Both the position numbers and the translations under genes were made by a program. This document shows positions 27,101 to 41,649 of a stretch of 64,000 bases of DNA, one piece after another. The notes below the pieces were generated by a model. That model ran no database searches. It was not told the origin of the DNA and saw only the letters and a program-made list of their open reading frames with translations. The DNA is from Balanoglossus misakiensis (taxonomy: Eukaryota; Animalia; Hemichordata), in the NCBI GenBank assembly GCA_040954595.2, contig JBECUI020000024.1, positions 62,001 through 126,000 on the forward strand, written 5' to 3'. How positions within the stretch are numbered: position 1 is the stretch's first letter; each line of letters opens with the position of its first letter.

Positions 27101-30100
27101 GTTGGCTAAGTCGGACAAACCGAAGAGGGAAAGTCACAGCGGTTCAACACTTGACATTTGTTCGGGTAGGACTGCATTATTGCCTGTCAATTTATAGAGA
27201 AAGCCCAAATTTAACCAGGGCGTTTCAAACACCGACGTTAGTTGGGGGCACGGCCTGCAGTACTGCCGGGTAAGCTGACATCGGCGTACCGCATATAATG
27301 TAGGGGGGGGGAACAGAACGGTTCAATACTACATTTATTAGATATCAGCTAATTTTGGACGATCATTTAAAATCTAAATCATTTTTTTCATATTTGGATA
27401 TCTGATGATGTATGAAATTTCCATTATATGTAAAAATGGTGCTGATTATACAAAATGCATTCTGATTTAATACAAAATTGCGTTTTATTCATTTTTGCAC
27501 CAAAAAGGTCATTTTTAGGCAAAACATTCTTTATTTTTTTAATTCGGTGACCTGATCATATATAAACAATTGCTTGTATGTTAAAAGTTTTTATGACTTT
27601 TAAAAGCAGTGACACTGGCGGCATTCAACACGAAAATAACAATTTTAGCCACAATTTGGTCAAAATGGTAAATTTTTGAAAATTACAAAAAATACCTGTT
27701 TTCTACATTTTCGGAAATCTGATGGAGTATAGAATGCTCTTCGTATGTATATATCGATACAAATTCCACAAAAGACCGTCTAATTTGGCTCACTGCAGAC
27801 AAAATTGCGTTTTACCAAATTTTCCTTGAATATGTCATTTTTAGAAGAAAAAAGAAAGAAAAAAACCTTTGTTCTTCGAATTTGGTGCCCTGATCATATA
27901 TGATATGTTGATTGTATGTTAAAACTTCCGACCACTCCGAAAATGCAGAGATATTGACGGAATTCAAGAAAAAATAGCCATTTTGGCCATATTTTGACAA
28001 AAATGGTAAATTTTTAAATAATCATAAAAAATTAACTCTTTTCTTCATTTTCGGAAATATTATGGAGCATGAAGTGTCGTTCTCTTGTAAAAAGTGCTGC
28101 AAATTCCAGAAAAGGCGGTATAATTTGAATCACCCAAGACAAAATTACCATTTTCGACTTTTTTTCGAAAAATTGTCTTTTTTACAAAATAAATAAGAAT
28201 AAATTCTTTTCTTAGTTTCAAACGGGTAGAGATACTTTCCACACGGGTTTTCTAACATTGAATTCCCGTTCATCAACTCAGATTTCCTACAGCATAAGTC
28301 GGCTAAAACCCTGACACTCTAGAGCAGAAACAGTTGCACACTGGTAACGTTGAACAAGTCGATTTTTCTATGGCCTGGCTCGGCTAAATCTCCGTCACAA
28401 TATGACAGACACTAGCAAACGTTAGCAACGGTGATCAAGTCAGATTTTCTACGGCATGGCTTGGATAAAGCCCCGGCACTCTAGAGCAGAAACACGCGTA
28501 CAGAGACCACGTTGATCTACTCACATTTCCTTCGGCCTGGCACGGCTGATGCCCCGGCACTATATATAGGACACAGACTGGCGTAAGTTAACAACGGTAA
28601 TCACGTCGGGTTTCCTACGGCCTGGCTCAGCTGAAGCCCCGGCACTCTAGAGCAGAAACAGGCGTACATTGACCACGTTGATCAAGTCAGATTTCCTACG
28701 GCGTGACTCGGCTGGTGCACCGGCTCTATATGACACAGACTGGCGTAAGTTATCAACGGTGATTACGTCGGATTTCCTACGGCCTGGTTTAGCTGAAGCC
28801 CCGGCACTTTAGAGCGGAAACACGCGTACATTGACCACGATGATCAAGTCAGATCTCCTACAGCCTGGCTCGACTAAAACCCCGGCACACCATGACAGAC
28901 ACTAGCGTTCGTTAGCAACGGTGATCAAGTCGGATTTCTTTCGGCCTGGCTCTGCAAAAGAACCGACACTCTAGTACAAAGACGTTGGCTAAGTCGGGCA
29001 AACCGAAGAGGGAAAGTCACAGCGGGTCAACACTCGACATTTGTTCGGGTAGGACTGCATTATTGCCTGTCAATTTATAGAGAAAGCCCGAATTTAACCA
29101 GGCCGTTTCAAACACCGACGTTAGTTGGGGGCACGGCCTGCAGTACTGCCGGGTAAGCTGACATCGGCGTACCGCATATAATGTAGGGGGGGGGGGGACA
29201 GAACGGTTCAATACTACATTTATTAGATATCAGCTAATTTTGGACAATCATCTAAAATCTAAATCATTTTTTCATATTTGGATATCTGATGATGTATGAA
29301 ATTTCCATTATATGTAAAAATGGTGCTGATTATAAAAAATGCACTCTGAATGAGCTGATTTAATACAAAATTGCGTTTTATTCGTTTTTGCACCAAAAAG
29401 GTCATTTTTAGTCAAAACATTCTTTATAATTTTAATTCGGTGACCTGATCATATATAAACAATTGCTTGTATGTTAAAAGTTTTCATGACTTTTAAAAGC
29501 AGTGACACTGGCGGCATTCAACACGAAAATAACAATTTTAGCCACAATTTGGTCAAAATGGTAAATTTTTGAAAATTACAAAAAATACCTGTTTTCTACA
29601 TTTTCGGAAATCTGATGGAGTATAGAATGCTCTTCGTATGTATATATCGATACAAATTCCACAAAAGACCGTCTAATTTGGCTCACTGCAGACAAAATTG
29701 CGTTTTACCAAATTTTCCTTGAAAATGTCATTTTTAGAAAAATAAAATAAAAAAACCTTTCTTCTTCGAATTTGGTGCCCTGATCATATACGACATGTTG
29801 ATTGTATGTTAAAACTTTCGACCACTCCAAAAATGCAGAGATATTGACGGAATTCAAGAAAAAATAGCCATTTTGGCCATATTTTGACAAAATGGTACAT
29901 TTTTAAAAAATCTTAAACAATTAACTCTTTTCTTCATTTTCGGAAATATTATGGAGCATGAAGTGTCGTTCTCTTGTAAAAAGTGCTGCAAATTCCAGAA
30001 AAGGTGGTATAATTTGAATCACCCAAGACAAAATTACCATTTTCGACTTTTTTTCGAAAAATTGTCTTTTTTACAAAATAAATAAGAATAAATTCTTTTC

Positions 30101-33100
30101 TTAGTTTCAAACGGGTAGAGATACTTTCCACACGGGTTTTCTAACATTGAATTCCCGTTCATCAACTCAGATTTCCTACAGCATAAGTCGGCTAAAACCC
30201 TGACACTCTAGAGCAGAAACAGTTGCACACTGGTAACGTTGAACAAGTCGATTTTTCTACGGCCTGGTTCGGCTAAATCTCCGTCACAATATGACAGACA
30301 CTAGCGTACGTAAGCAACGGTGATCAAGTCAGATTTTCTACGGCATGGGTTGGATAAAGCCCCGGCACTCTAGAGCAGAAACACGCGTACAGAGACCACG
30401 TTGATCAAGTCTGATCTCCTACGGCTTGGCTCGACTAAAACCCCGGCACACTATGACAGACACTAGCGTTCGTTAGCAACGTTGATCAAGTCAGATTTCC
30501 TACGGCCTGGCACGGCTGATGCCCCGGCACTATATATAGGACACAGACTGGCGTAAGTTAACAACGGTAATCACGTCGGGTTTCCTACGGCCTGGCTCAG
30601 CTGAAGCCCCGGCACTCTAGAGCAGAAACAGGCGTACATTGACCACGTTGATCAAGTCAGATTTCCTACGGCGTGACTCGGCTGGTGCACCGGCTCTATA
30701 TGACACTGACTGGCGTAAGTTATCAATGGTGATTACGTCGGATTTCCTACGGCCTGGTTTAGCTGAAGCCCCGGCACTTTAGAGCGGAAACACGCGTACA
30801 TTGACCACGATGATCAAGTCAGATCTCCTACAGCCTGGCTCGACTAAAACCCCGGCACACCATGACAGACACTAGCGTTCGTTAGCAAAGGTGATCAAGT
30901 CGGATTTCCTTCGGCCTGGCTCTGCAAAAGAACCGACACTCTAGTACAAAGACGTTGGCTAAGTCGGGCAAACCGAAGAGGGAAAGTCACAGCGGGTCAA
31001 CACTCGACATTTGTTCGGGTAGGACTGCATTATTGCCTGTCAATTTATAGAGAAAGCCCGAATTTAACCAGGGCGTTTCAAACACCGACGTTAGTTGGGG
31101 GCACGGCCTGCAGTCCTGCCGGGTAAGCTGACATCGGCGTACCGCATGTAATGTAGGGGGGGGGGGGAACAGAACGGTTCAATACTACATTTATTAGATA
31201 TCAGCTAATTTTGGACAATCATCTAAAATCTAAATCATGTTTTCATATTTGGATATCTGATGATGTATGAAATTTCCATTATATGTAAAAATGGTGCTGA
31301 TTATAAAAAATGCACTCTGAATGAGCTGATTTAATACAAAATTGCGTTTTCTTCGTTTTTGCACCAAAAAGGTCATTTTTAGTCAAAACGTTCTTTATTT
31401 TTTTAATTCGGTGACCTGATCATATATAAACAATTGCTTGTATGTTAAAAGTTTTCATGACTTTTAAAAGCAGTAACACTGGCGGCATTCAACGCGAAAA
31501 TAGCAATTTTAGCCACAATTTGGTAAAAATTGTAAATTTTTTTAAAATTACAAAAAATACCTGTTTTCTACATTTTCGGAAATCTGATGGAGTATAGAAT
31601 GCTCTTCGTATGTATATATCGATACAAATTCCACAAAAGACCGTCTAATTTGGCTCACTGCAGACACAATTGCGTTTTACCAAATTTTCCTTGAAAATGT
31701 CATTTTTAGAAAAAAAAATAAAAAAACCTTTGTTCTTCGAATTTGGTGCTCGGATCATAACGACATGTTGATTGTTTGTTAAAAGTTTCGACCACTCCAA
31801 AAATGCAGAGATATTGACGGAATTCAAGAAAAAATAGCCATTTTGGCCATATTTTGACAAAAATGGTAAATTTTTAAAAAATCATAAAAAATAAACTCTT
31901 TTCTTCATTTTCGGAAATATTATGGAGCATGAAGTGTCGTTCTCTTGTAAAAAGTGCTGCAAATTCCAGAAAAGGCGGTATAATTTGAATCACCCAAGAC
32001 AAAATTACCATTTTCGACTTTTTTTTCGAAAAATTGTCTTTTTTACAAAATAAATAAGAATAAATTATTTTCTTAGTTTCAAACGGGTAGTGATACTTTC
32101 CACACGGGTTTTCTAACATTGAATTCCCGTTCATCAACTCAGATTTCCTACAGCATAAGTCGGCTAAAACCCTGACACTCTAGAGCAGAAACAGTTGCAC
32201 ACTGGTAACGTTGAACAAGTCGATTTTTCTACGGCCTGGCTCGACTAAATCTCCGTCACAATATGACAGACACAAGCGTACGTTAGCAATGGTGATCAAG
32301 TCAGATTTTCTACGGCATGGGTTTCCTACGGCCTGGCTGAGCTGAAGCCCCGGCACTCTAGAGAAGAAACACGCGTACAGAGACCACGTTGATCAAGTCT
32401 GATCTCCTACGGCTTGGCTCGACTAAAACCCCGGCACACTATGACAGACACTAGCGTTCGTTAGCAACGTTGATCAAGTCAGATTTCCTACGGCATGGCT
32501 TAGCTAAAACCCTGGCACTCTAGAGCAGAAACACGCGTACAGAGACCACGTTGATCTTCTCACATTTCCTTCGGCCTGGCACGGCTGATGCCCCCGGCAC
32601 TATATATAGGACACAAACTGGCGTAAGTTAACAACAGTATTTACGTCGGATTTCCTACGGCCTGGCTCAGCTGAAGCCCCAGCACTTTAGAGCAGAAACA
32701 GGCGTACATTGACCACGTTGATCAAGTAAGATTTCCTACGGCGTGACTCGGCTGGTGCACCGGCTCTATATGACACAGACTGGCGTAAGTTATCAACGGT
32801 GATTACGTCGGATTTCCTACGGCCTGGTTTAGCTGAAGCCCCGGCACTTTAGAGCGGACACGCGTACATTGACCACGATGATCAAGTCAGATCTCCTACA
32901 GCCTGGCTCGACTAAAACCCCGGCACACCATGACAGACACTAGCGTTCGTTTGCAACGGTGATCAAGTCGGATTTCCTTCGGCCTGGCTCTGCAAAAGAC
33001 CCGACACTCTAGTACACAGACGTTGGCTAAGTCGGGCAAACCGAACAGGGAAAGTCACAGCGGGTCAACACTCGACATTTGTTCCGGTAGGACTGCATTA

Positions 33101-36100
33101 TTGCCTGTCAATTTATAGAGAAAGCCCGAATTTAACCAGGGCGTTTCAAACACCGCCGTTAGTTGGGGGCACGGCCTGCAGTACTGCCGGGTAAGCTGAC
33201 ATCAGCGTACCGCATATAATGTAGGGGGGGGGGGAATAGAACGGTTCAATACTACATTTATCAGATATCAGCTAATTTTGGACAATCATCTAAAATGTAA
33301 ATCATCTTTTCATATTTGGATATCTGATGATGTATGAAATTTCCATTATATGTAAAAATGGTGCTGATTATAAAAATGCAGTCTGAATGAGCTGATTTAA
33401 TACAAAATTGCGTTTTATTCGTTTTTGCACCAAAAAGGTCATTTTTAGTCAAAACATTCTTTATTTTTTTAATTCGGTGACCTGATCATATATAAACAAT
33501 TGCTTGTATGTTAAAAGTTTTTATGACTTTTAAAAGCAGTGACACTGGCGGCATTCAACACGAAAATAACAATTTTAGCCACAATTTGGTCAAAATGGTA
33601 AATTTTTGAAAATTACAAAAAATACCTGTTTTCTACATTTTCGGAAATCTGATGGAGTATAGAATGCTCTTCGTATGTATATATCGATACAAATTCCACA
33701 AAAGACCGTCTAATTTGGCTCACTGCAGACAAAATTGCGTTTTACCAAATTTTCCTTGAAAATGTCATTTTAGAAAAAAAAAAAAAAAAAACCTTTGTTC
33801 TTCGAATTTGGTGCCTGATCATATATAACATGTTGATTGTATGTTAAAACTTTCGACCACTCCAAAAATGCTGAGATATTGACGGAATTCAAGAAAAAAT
33901 AGCCATTTTGGCCATATTTTGACAAAAATGGTAAATTTTTAAAAATCATAAAAAATTAACTCTTTTCTTCATTTTCGGAAATATTATGGAGCATGAAGTG
34001 TCGTTCTCTTGTAAAAAGTGCTGCAAATTCCAGAAAAGGCGGTATAATTTGAATCACCCAAGACAAAATTACCATTTTCGACTTTTTTCGAAATATTGTC
34101 TTTTTTACAAAATAAATAAGAATAAATTCTTTTCTTAGTTCCAAACGGGTAGAGATACTTTCCACACGGGTTTTCTAACATTGAATTCCCGTTCATCAGC
34201 TCTGATTTCCTACAGCATAAATCGGCTAAAACCGTGACACTCTAGAGCAGAAACAGTTGCACACTGGTAACGTTGAACAAGTCGATTTTTTTACAGCCTG
34301 GCTCGGCTAAATCTCCGTCACAATATGACAGACACTAGCGTACGTTAGCAACGGTGATCAAGTCAGATTTTCTACGGCATGGCTTGGATAAAGCCCCGGC
34401 ACTCTAGAGCAGAAACACGCGTACAGAGACCACGTTGATCAAGTCTGATCTCCTACGGCTTGGCTCGACTAAAAACCCCGGCACACTATGACAGACACTA
34501 GCGTTCGTTAGCAACGTTGATCAAGACAGATTTCCTACGGCATGGCTTTGCTAAAGCCCTGACACTCTAGAGCAGAAACACGCGTACAGAGACCACGTTG
34601 ATCTACTCACATTTCCTTCGGCCTGGCACGGCTGATGCCCCGGCACTATATATAGGACACAGACTGGCGTAAGTTAACAACGGTAATCACGTCGGGTTTC
34701 CTACGGCCTGGCTCAGCTGAAGCCCCGGCACTCTAGAGCAGAAACAGGCGTACATTGACCACGTTGATCAAGTCAGATTTCCTACGGCGTGACTCGGCTG
34801 GTGCACCGGCTCTCTATGACACAGACTGTCGTAAGTTATCAACGGTGATTACGTCGGATTTCCTACGGCCTGGTTTAGCTGAAACCCCGGCACTTTAGAG
34901 CGGAAACACGCTTACATAGACCACGATGATCAAGTCAAATCTTGTACGGCCTGGCTCGACTAAAACCCCGGCACACCATGACAGACACTAGCGTTCGTTA
35001 GCAACGGTGATCAAGTCGGATTTCCATCGGCCTGGCTCTGCAAAAGACCCGACACTCTAGTACAAAGACGTTGGCTAAGTCGGGCAAACCGAAGAGGGAA
35101 AGTCACAGTGGGTCAACACTCGACATTTGTTCGGGTAGGACTGCATTATTGCCTGTCAATTTATAGAGAAAGCCCGAATTTAACCAGGGCGTTTCAAACA
35201 CCGACGTTAGTTGGGGGCACGGCCTGCAGTACTGCCGGGTAAGCTGACATCGGCGTACCGCATATAATGTAGGGGGGGGGGGAACAGAACGGTTCAATAC
35301 TACATTTATTAGATATCAGCTAATTTTGGACAATCATCTAAAATCTAAATCATTTTTTCATATTTGGATATCTGATGATGTATGAAATTTCCATTATATG
35401 TAAAAATGGTGCTGATTATAAAAAATGCACTCTGAATGAGCTGATTTAATACAAAATTGCGTTTTATTCGTTTTTGCACCAAAAAGGTCATTTTTAGGCA
35501 AACATTCTTCATTTTTATAATTCGGTGACCTGATCATATATAAACAATTGCTTGTATGTTGAAAGTTTTAATGACTTTTAAAAGCAGTGACACTGGCGGC
35601 ATTCAACACGAAAATAACAATTTTAGCCACAATTTGGTCAAAATGGTAAATTTTTGAAAATTACAAAAAATACATGTTTTCTACATTTTCGGAAATCTGA
35701 TGGAGTATAGAATGTTCTTCGTATGTATATATCGATACAAATTCCACAAAAGACCGTCTAATTTGGCTCACTGCAGACAAAATTGCGTTTTACCAAATTT
35801 TCCTTGAAAATGTCATTTTTAGAAAAAAAAATAAAAAACCTTTGTTCATCGAATTTGGTGCCCTGATCATATATGACATGTTGATTGTATGTTAAAACTT
35901 TCGACCACTCCAAAAATGCAGAGATATTGACGGAATTCAAGAAAAAATAGCCATTTTGGCCATATTTTGACAAAAATGGTAAATTTTTAAAAAATCATAA
36001 AAAATTAACTCTTTTCTTCATTTTCGGAAATATAATGGAGCATGAAGTGTCGTTCTCTTGTAAAAAGTGCTGCAAATTCCAGAAAAGGCGGTATAATTTG

Positions 36101-37769
36101 AATCACCCAAGACAAAATTACCATTTTCGACTTTTTTTCGAAAAATTGTCTTTTTTACAAAATAAATAAGAATACATTCTTTTCTTAGTTTCAAACGGGT
36201 AGAGATACTTTCCACGGGTTTTCTAACAATGAATTCCCGTTCATCAACTCAGATTTCCTACAGCATAAGTCGGCTAAAACCCTGACACTCTAGAGCAGAA
36301 ACAGTTGCACAAATGGTAACGTTGAACAAGTCGATTTTTCTACGGCCTGGCTCGGCTAAATCTCCGTCACAATATGACAGACACTAGCGTAGGTTAGCAA
36401 CGGTGATCAAGTCAGATTTTCTACGGCATGGCTTGGATAAAGCCCCGGCACTCTAGAGCAGAAACACGCGTACAGAGACCACGTTGATCAAGTCTGATCT
36501 CCTACGGCTTGGCTCGACTAAAACCCCGGCACACTATAACAGACACTAGCGTTCATTAGCAACGTTGATCAAGTCAGATTTCCTACGGCCTGGCTCGACT
36601 AAAACCCCGGCACACCATGACAGACACTAGCGTTCGTTAGCAACGGTGATCAAGTCAGATTTCCTACGGCATGACTTGGATAAAGCCCCGGCACTCTAGA
36701 GCAGAAACACGCGTACAGAGACCACGTTGATCAAGTCTGATCTCCTACGGCTTGGCTCGACTGAAACCCCGGCACACTATGACAGACACTAGCGTTCGTT
36801 AGCAACGTTGATCAAGTCAGATTTCCTACGGCATGGCTTGGCTAAAGCCCTGGCACTCTAGAGCAGAAACACGCGTACAGAGACCACGTTGATCTACTCA
36901 CATTTCCTTCGGCCTGGCACGGCTGATGCCCCGGCTCTATATGACACAGACTGGCGTAAGTTAACAACGGTGATTACGTCGGATTTCCTACGGCCTGGTT
37001 TAGCTGAAGCCCCGGCACTTTAGAGCGGAAACACGCGTACATTGACCACGATGATCAAGTTTGATCTCCTACGGCCTGGCTCGACTTAAACCCCGGCACA
37101 CCATGACAGACACTAGCGTTCGTTAGCAACGTTGATCAAGTTGGATTTCCTTCGGCCTGGCTCTGCAAAAGACCCGACACATTAGTACAAAGACGTTGGC
37201 TAAGTCGGGCAAACCGAAGAGGGAAAGTCACAGCGGGTCAACACTCGACATTTGTTCGGGTAGGACTGCATTATTGCCTGTCAATTTATAGAGAAAGCTC
37301 GAATTTAACCAGGGCGTTTCAAACACCGACGTTAGTTGGGAGCACGGCCTGCAGTAATGCCGGGTAAGCTGACATCGGCGTACCGCATGTAATGTAGGGG
37401 GGGGGGGGGGAAACAGAACGGTTCAATACTACATTTATCAGATATCAGCTAATTTTGGACAATCATCTTAAATATATCTAATTCATTTTTTCATATTTGG
37501 ATATCTGATGATGTATGAAATTTCCATTATACGTAAAAATGGTGCTGATTATAAAAATGCACTCTGAATGAGCTGATTTAATACAAAATTGCGTTTTATT
37601 CGTTTTTGCACCAAAAAGGTCATTTTTAGGCAAAACATTCTTTATTTTTTTAATTCGGTGACCTGATCATATATAAACAATTGCTTGTATGCTAAAAGTT
37701 TTTATGACTTTTAAAAGCAGTGACACTGGCGGCATTCAACACGAAAATAACAATTTTAGCCACAATTTG
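24128..37769. repeat. Complex satellite, block 2 (~7 monomers, mostly 1.88-2.12 kb)
   Basis: Poly-G markers at ~25409, 27303, 29185, 31156, 33223, 35272, 37396. Confidence 0.95.
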
Positions 37770-38105
37770 TATGGAGAAGTGAGAGATTTACTCCAGAAGG
37801 ATCACGTGACGGAAACTCTTACCCTATCAGAGTTGACTTTGTTTCCCGCCAAACTTTATACTTGTAGCAGATTTATTGTAATTTTTGAGTGTTTGCTCCG
37901 GCGTTCGTGGGACTTATATATAACCCAGTTTTGGCGATTTCGGGCAGCTTTTTGTAAGGAGCTCTGTGGTGTTACTTTGTTGTTGGATTCAGATGGTAAT
38001 AAACCAGTGTTTTACCTAGCACTGAATCGTTCGCTTCTTTTCCGACGTCAGTATACTCGAACCCCCTCCCGGGAGTATTGATCACTGCCACGATACTTCC
38101 CCACA
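37770..38105 (+). repeat. 5' LTR, BEL B copy 2
   Basis: 336 bp, TA...CA. Confidence 0.93.
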
Positions 38106-38109
38106 TTTT

Positions 38110-38127
38110 TGGTGCCGAGACCAGGAT
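38110..38127 (+). other. Primer-binding site, tRNA-His-like (also at 18034-18051)
   Basis: TGGTGCCGAGACCAGGAT 4 nt after the LTR; one mismatch to the invertebrate tRNA-His complement TGGTGCCGTGACCAGGAT (from memory). Confidence 0.65.
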
Positions 38128-38138
38128 AACCGAGCAAG

Positions 38139-40944
38139 ATGTCGGAACAAGAACACATCGCGCCACAAGATGGACAACAAGAGGATCAGCCAACAGCGTT
38201 GACAAAACTGAAGAGATCGCGTCGTGGTCAACGCGCACAAGTGACCCGACTGTTCAACCGGGCCGACACCCTCATGAACAATTTCGTAGACGTCGGTACA
38301 GACAAGCCGACTACACTCGACACACTGGAAGGGCTGAACGAACAACTTTCGAACAAGATCCGTCTACTCGCCGACCTCGAGGTGAGAATCCTCGATCTAA
38401 TTGACGATGAACACTTTGATGAAGAAAATGAAACTTCAGGCGACTACCACGCCGAAATCTTCGAACACAATCATCGCATCGCATCTTTCATCAAGAAAAA
38501 CAAATCGGAGATGCGGACAACTACTACTAGTACTGGTAATGTAACGGGAAGCAGCCTCGGCAACGCGACGCCTCGTAAAACAGTAACTCTACCGAAACTC
38601 CAGCTGCAAACTTTCTCAGGCAATGTAATAGAATGGTCGAGTTTCTTCGATGTATTCAAGTCTTCGATACCTTCGGACACTAATTTGGACAACATTCAGA
38701 AGTTTACGTATTTGCGGAGTGTACTCAAAGATGACGCAGCGAGAACAATCAACGGATTGCCACTCACGCACGCGATTGACTTATTGACCGAAAGATACGG
38801 ACAAACCCATCTCATAGTAGATGCTCATATGACCGCGTTGTGGAATCTACAAAGCCCAACCGCCGACGTACAAAGTTTAAGGCATTTCTACGACTCGATT
38901 GAAAATCACGTTCGAGGTCTTCAGTCGCTGGGTAAGGAGGAAACCACATACGGCGAACTTTTGGTTCCAATAATACGGGAGAAATTACCTCCTAACATTC
39001 GAGAGCAGATAGCAAGAAAACATGGTAATGCTGCGTGGACATTACCAGATCTACGAAAAGCCATTCAACACGAGATAAACGCCCTTCAAGCCGGCAACCG
39101 GGTCGACGAGATAACAATGGCCACTACCAGAGAACCGGAAATAACCGCGTTTCACACGAAAACGCAGATGACAGGTAAACAGAATTTTCGCGCCCCTGTC
39201 AAAACGTGCCCGTTCTGCAAAGGGTCACACTTCGCGTCAAATTGCACTGTGGTAACTGATACGCGCGAGAGACTGGACATTGTGAAGAAGGACAGACTAT
39301 GTTTTAATTGCTTTGGAAAACATAGAGTTGCGGAGTGTAAATCAAAATACTCCTGCAGAAAGTGTAGGAAACGTCATCACTCTGCGCTACACTACGACGT
39401 TCCCACCGCTACAACTACGCCAACCGGAGCGTCGTCCTCGCCATCGCCATCATCAAGTACTTCTGATGTCAAAGTAACATTGACTAATACCGATACATTT
39501 ACGGATAAGAAGATAAACACTGGGCCAGTGCTGCTGAAAACTGCGTTTGTACCACTGTCTGTCGGACGGGGAACCCCCATACATGCCATCATCCTGTTTG
39601 ATGAAGGAGCAAATAAGACATTCGTCACTGAGAGATTCGCCCGTCAGCTGTCCGCGAAAGCTACGCGGCACGAACACATAAAGTTATCGACCTTCCGTGG
39701 CAAGGATTCCAAAGTACGCACCATGGGATTCACCGAACTAACTGCTCATGAACTGAACGGGAATACTTCAACTATTCACGCGATGATAATTCCAGAGATA
39801 TCGTCGGACTTAACAAATCACATTTCTCAGGAAGTCCACAATATGAGCCACCTGAAAGGGCTACCATTCGCACATCCAGTTTCGAGTGATCAGTCGTGGC
39901 CAATAGATGTTCTAATCGGAGCCGACCAATATTGGAATTTCGTGGGCTCACACGTTATTTCTGGCGCGTCCGGCCCCACTGCTGTGTCATCCAAATTTGG
40001 ATACTTACTCTCCGGACCCCTCGGAACTCCCAAAGTGGATTCTAATGCGCATATCTTACATGTGATTTCTACTGCTGATACCAGTAACGTAGTTTCAGAG
40101 AACTCTATCAACGGACTGCATGGAGATCGCGCAACGGACATGTATACACCGATGGATAGTACTGCGATCGGCCGAGAACCACAGGTCCAAAATATGTGGG
40201 ACCTTGAATTGATCGGTATTCAGGACAATCCAACAGTTGATGAACAGTTGACGTACGAGTCTTACAGAGACACGCACTTGAGAGTTGACCGAGGAAAATA
40301 CGTAGCTAAACTACTGTGGAAGGAAGATCACCCTCCACTACCCACCAACCACGATGTCGCCATGAAACGCACGCGTAATATGATACGCAGGTTACCCTCT
40401 GAACTCATCAAGAAATATGACGACATAATCAATGAACAGAGACGTCGCGACTTCATCGTAGAGGTTGACGAAGATGACGTGAATATCGGACACTATTTGC
40501 CACATCGTCCGGTGGTTAAGAATTCGACCACAACACCCATTCGCATCGTTTATGATTGCTCTTGTAAGAAGGATTCTAATTATCCAAGTTTGAATGATTG
40601 CTTGCAAACTGGACCGTCATTAATAAATGACCTGCCAGCGATTCTGCTGAGATTCCGCGCCAATAACATTGCTTTCACAGCTGACATTGAGAAAGCATTC
40701 CTGAACATTCGGTTGGAAGAAGATGAGAGGAAATTCACGAAATTTCTGTGGCTGTCGGACATTAACGACCCAGAAAGTGACTTCATAACTTTGCAGTTTA
40801 AGTCTGTCTTGTTTGGAGCAGTCTGTTCCCCATTCATCCTCAATGCGGTTATCAAGACGCATTTAGAGAACAATAGTCAACTTCCCACCGCTGACAGATT
40901 GGGAAATAATATCTATGTGGATAATGTGATCGATGGAGTTGATA
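38139..40944 (+). pseudogene. gag: BEL B gag-PR-RT, open until the LINE insertion just after YVDNVIDGVD
   Basis: ORF 38139-41069; the last ~41 codons come from inserted DNA. Confidence 0.92.
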
Positions 40945-41020
40945 TTTTGCTAAGATTTTCGAAGCTGTCATTGTCCCTCATATCTACCAGCATGTTCAAC
41001 CAAATATATCCATTGATCAG
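40945..41020 (+). mobile_element. 5' stub of the CR1-like LINE
   Basis: Translates FAKIFEAVIVPHIYQHVQPNISIDQ, which joins in frame to HGFVKNRSTTTNL once the LTR and one TCAG are removed. Confidence 0.85.
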
Positions 41021-41204
41021 TGTAGCCACTTTCGTTCCGGCTAACGTTGGAATGAGCATGAAAACATAAAATATTTCCACGGGCAGTCAGTCTGGGGTTC
41101 GGTGATTGACAATTTTCCTGTACATATGAATTATAGGTGGGTGGGGAGTAGAAAGCAGAAAAGACAATACACTATAGGATTTTCTTCTTATGAAGATATA
41201 TTAC

Positions 41205-41545
41205 GTCATTAAATCTATCCAAATAAAGTTGTCAAAAAATATGAAAGACAAACACAATTGCTAATTAATGGTCCACGTTCAGTTCTGCTGATGTCATTAA
41301 ATCTATCCAAATAAAGTCGTCACAAAATATGAAAGACAAACACAATTGCTAATTAATGGTCCACGTTCAGTTCTGCTGATGTCATTAAATCTATCCAAAT
41401 AAAGTCGTCACAAAATATGAAAGACAAACACAATTGACAATTAACGGTCAACGTTCAGTTCTGCTGACGTCCTTAAATCTATCCAAATAAAGTTGTCAAA
41501 AAATATGAAAGACAAACACAATTGACAATTACGTTCCGTTCTGTT
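41205..41545. repeat. 88-bp tandem repeat (3 full + 1 partial) inside LTR
   Basis: GTCATTAAATCTATCC-type starts at 41205, 41293, 41381, 41469. Confidence 0.92.
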
Positions 41546-41649
41546 GGCAGTTCGAATTCACGAAGCACTCACAAAAAATTTCGCATTCCGAATGTCCGAA
41601 GTCTCACAGCGCTCACCAAATTCCGTTCCGCTCAGCTGGCAAGGTCTGA

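Noticed and set aside
17671-37775. Sequence-specific targeting of the satellite by BEL B
   Set aside because: Shared flank variants and shared LTR asymmetry favour duplication of a single insertion.
37689-38081. 130-aa ORF running from satellite into the LTR (and LTR ORFs at 23777 and 58300)
   Set aside because: Junction read-through into non-coding LTR; broken in copy 1.
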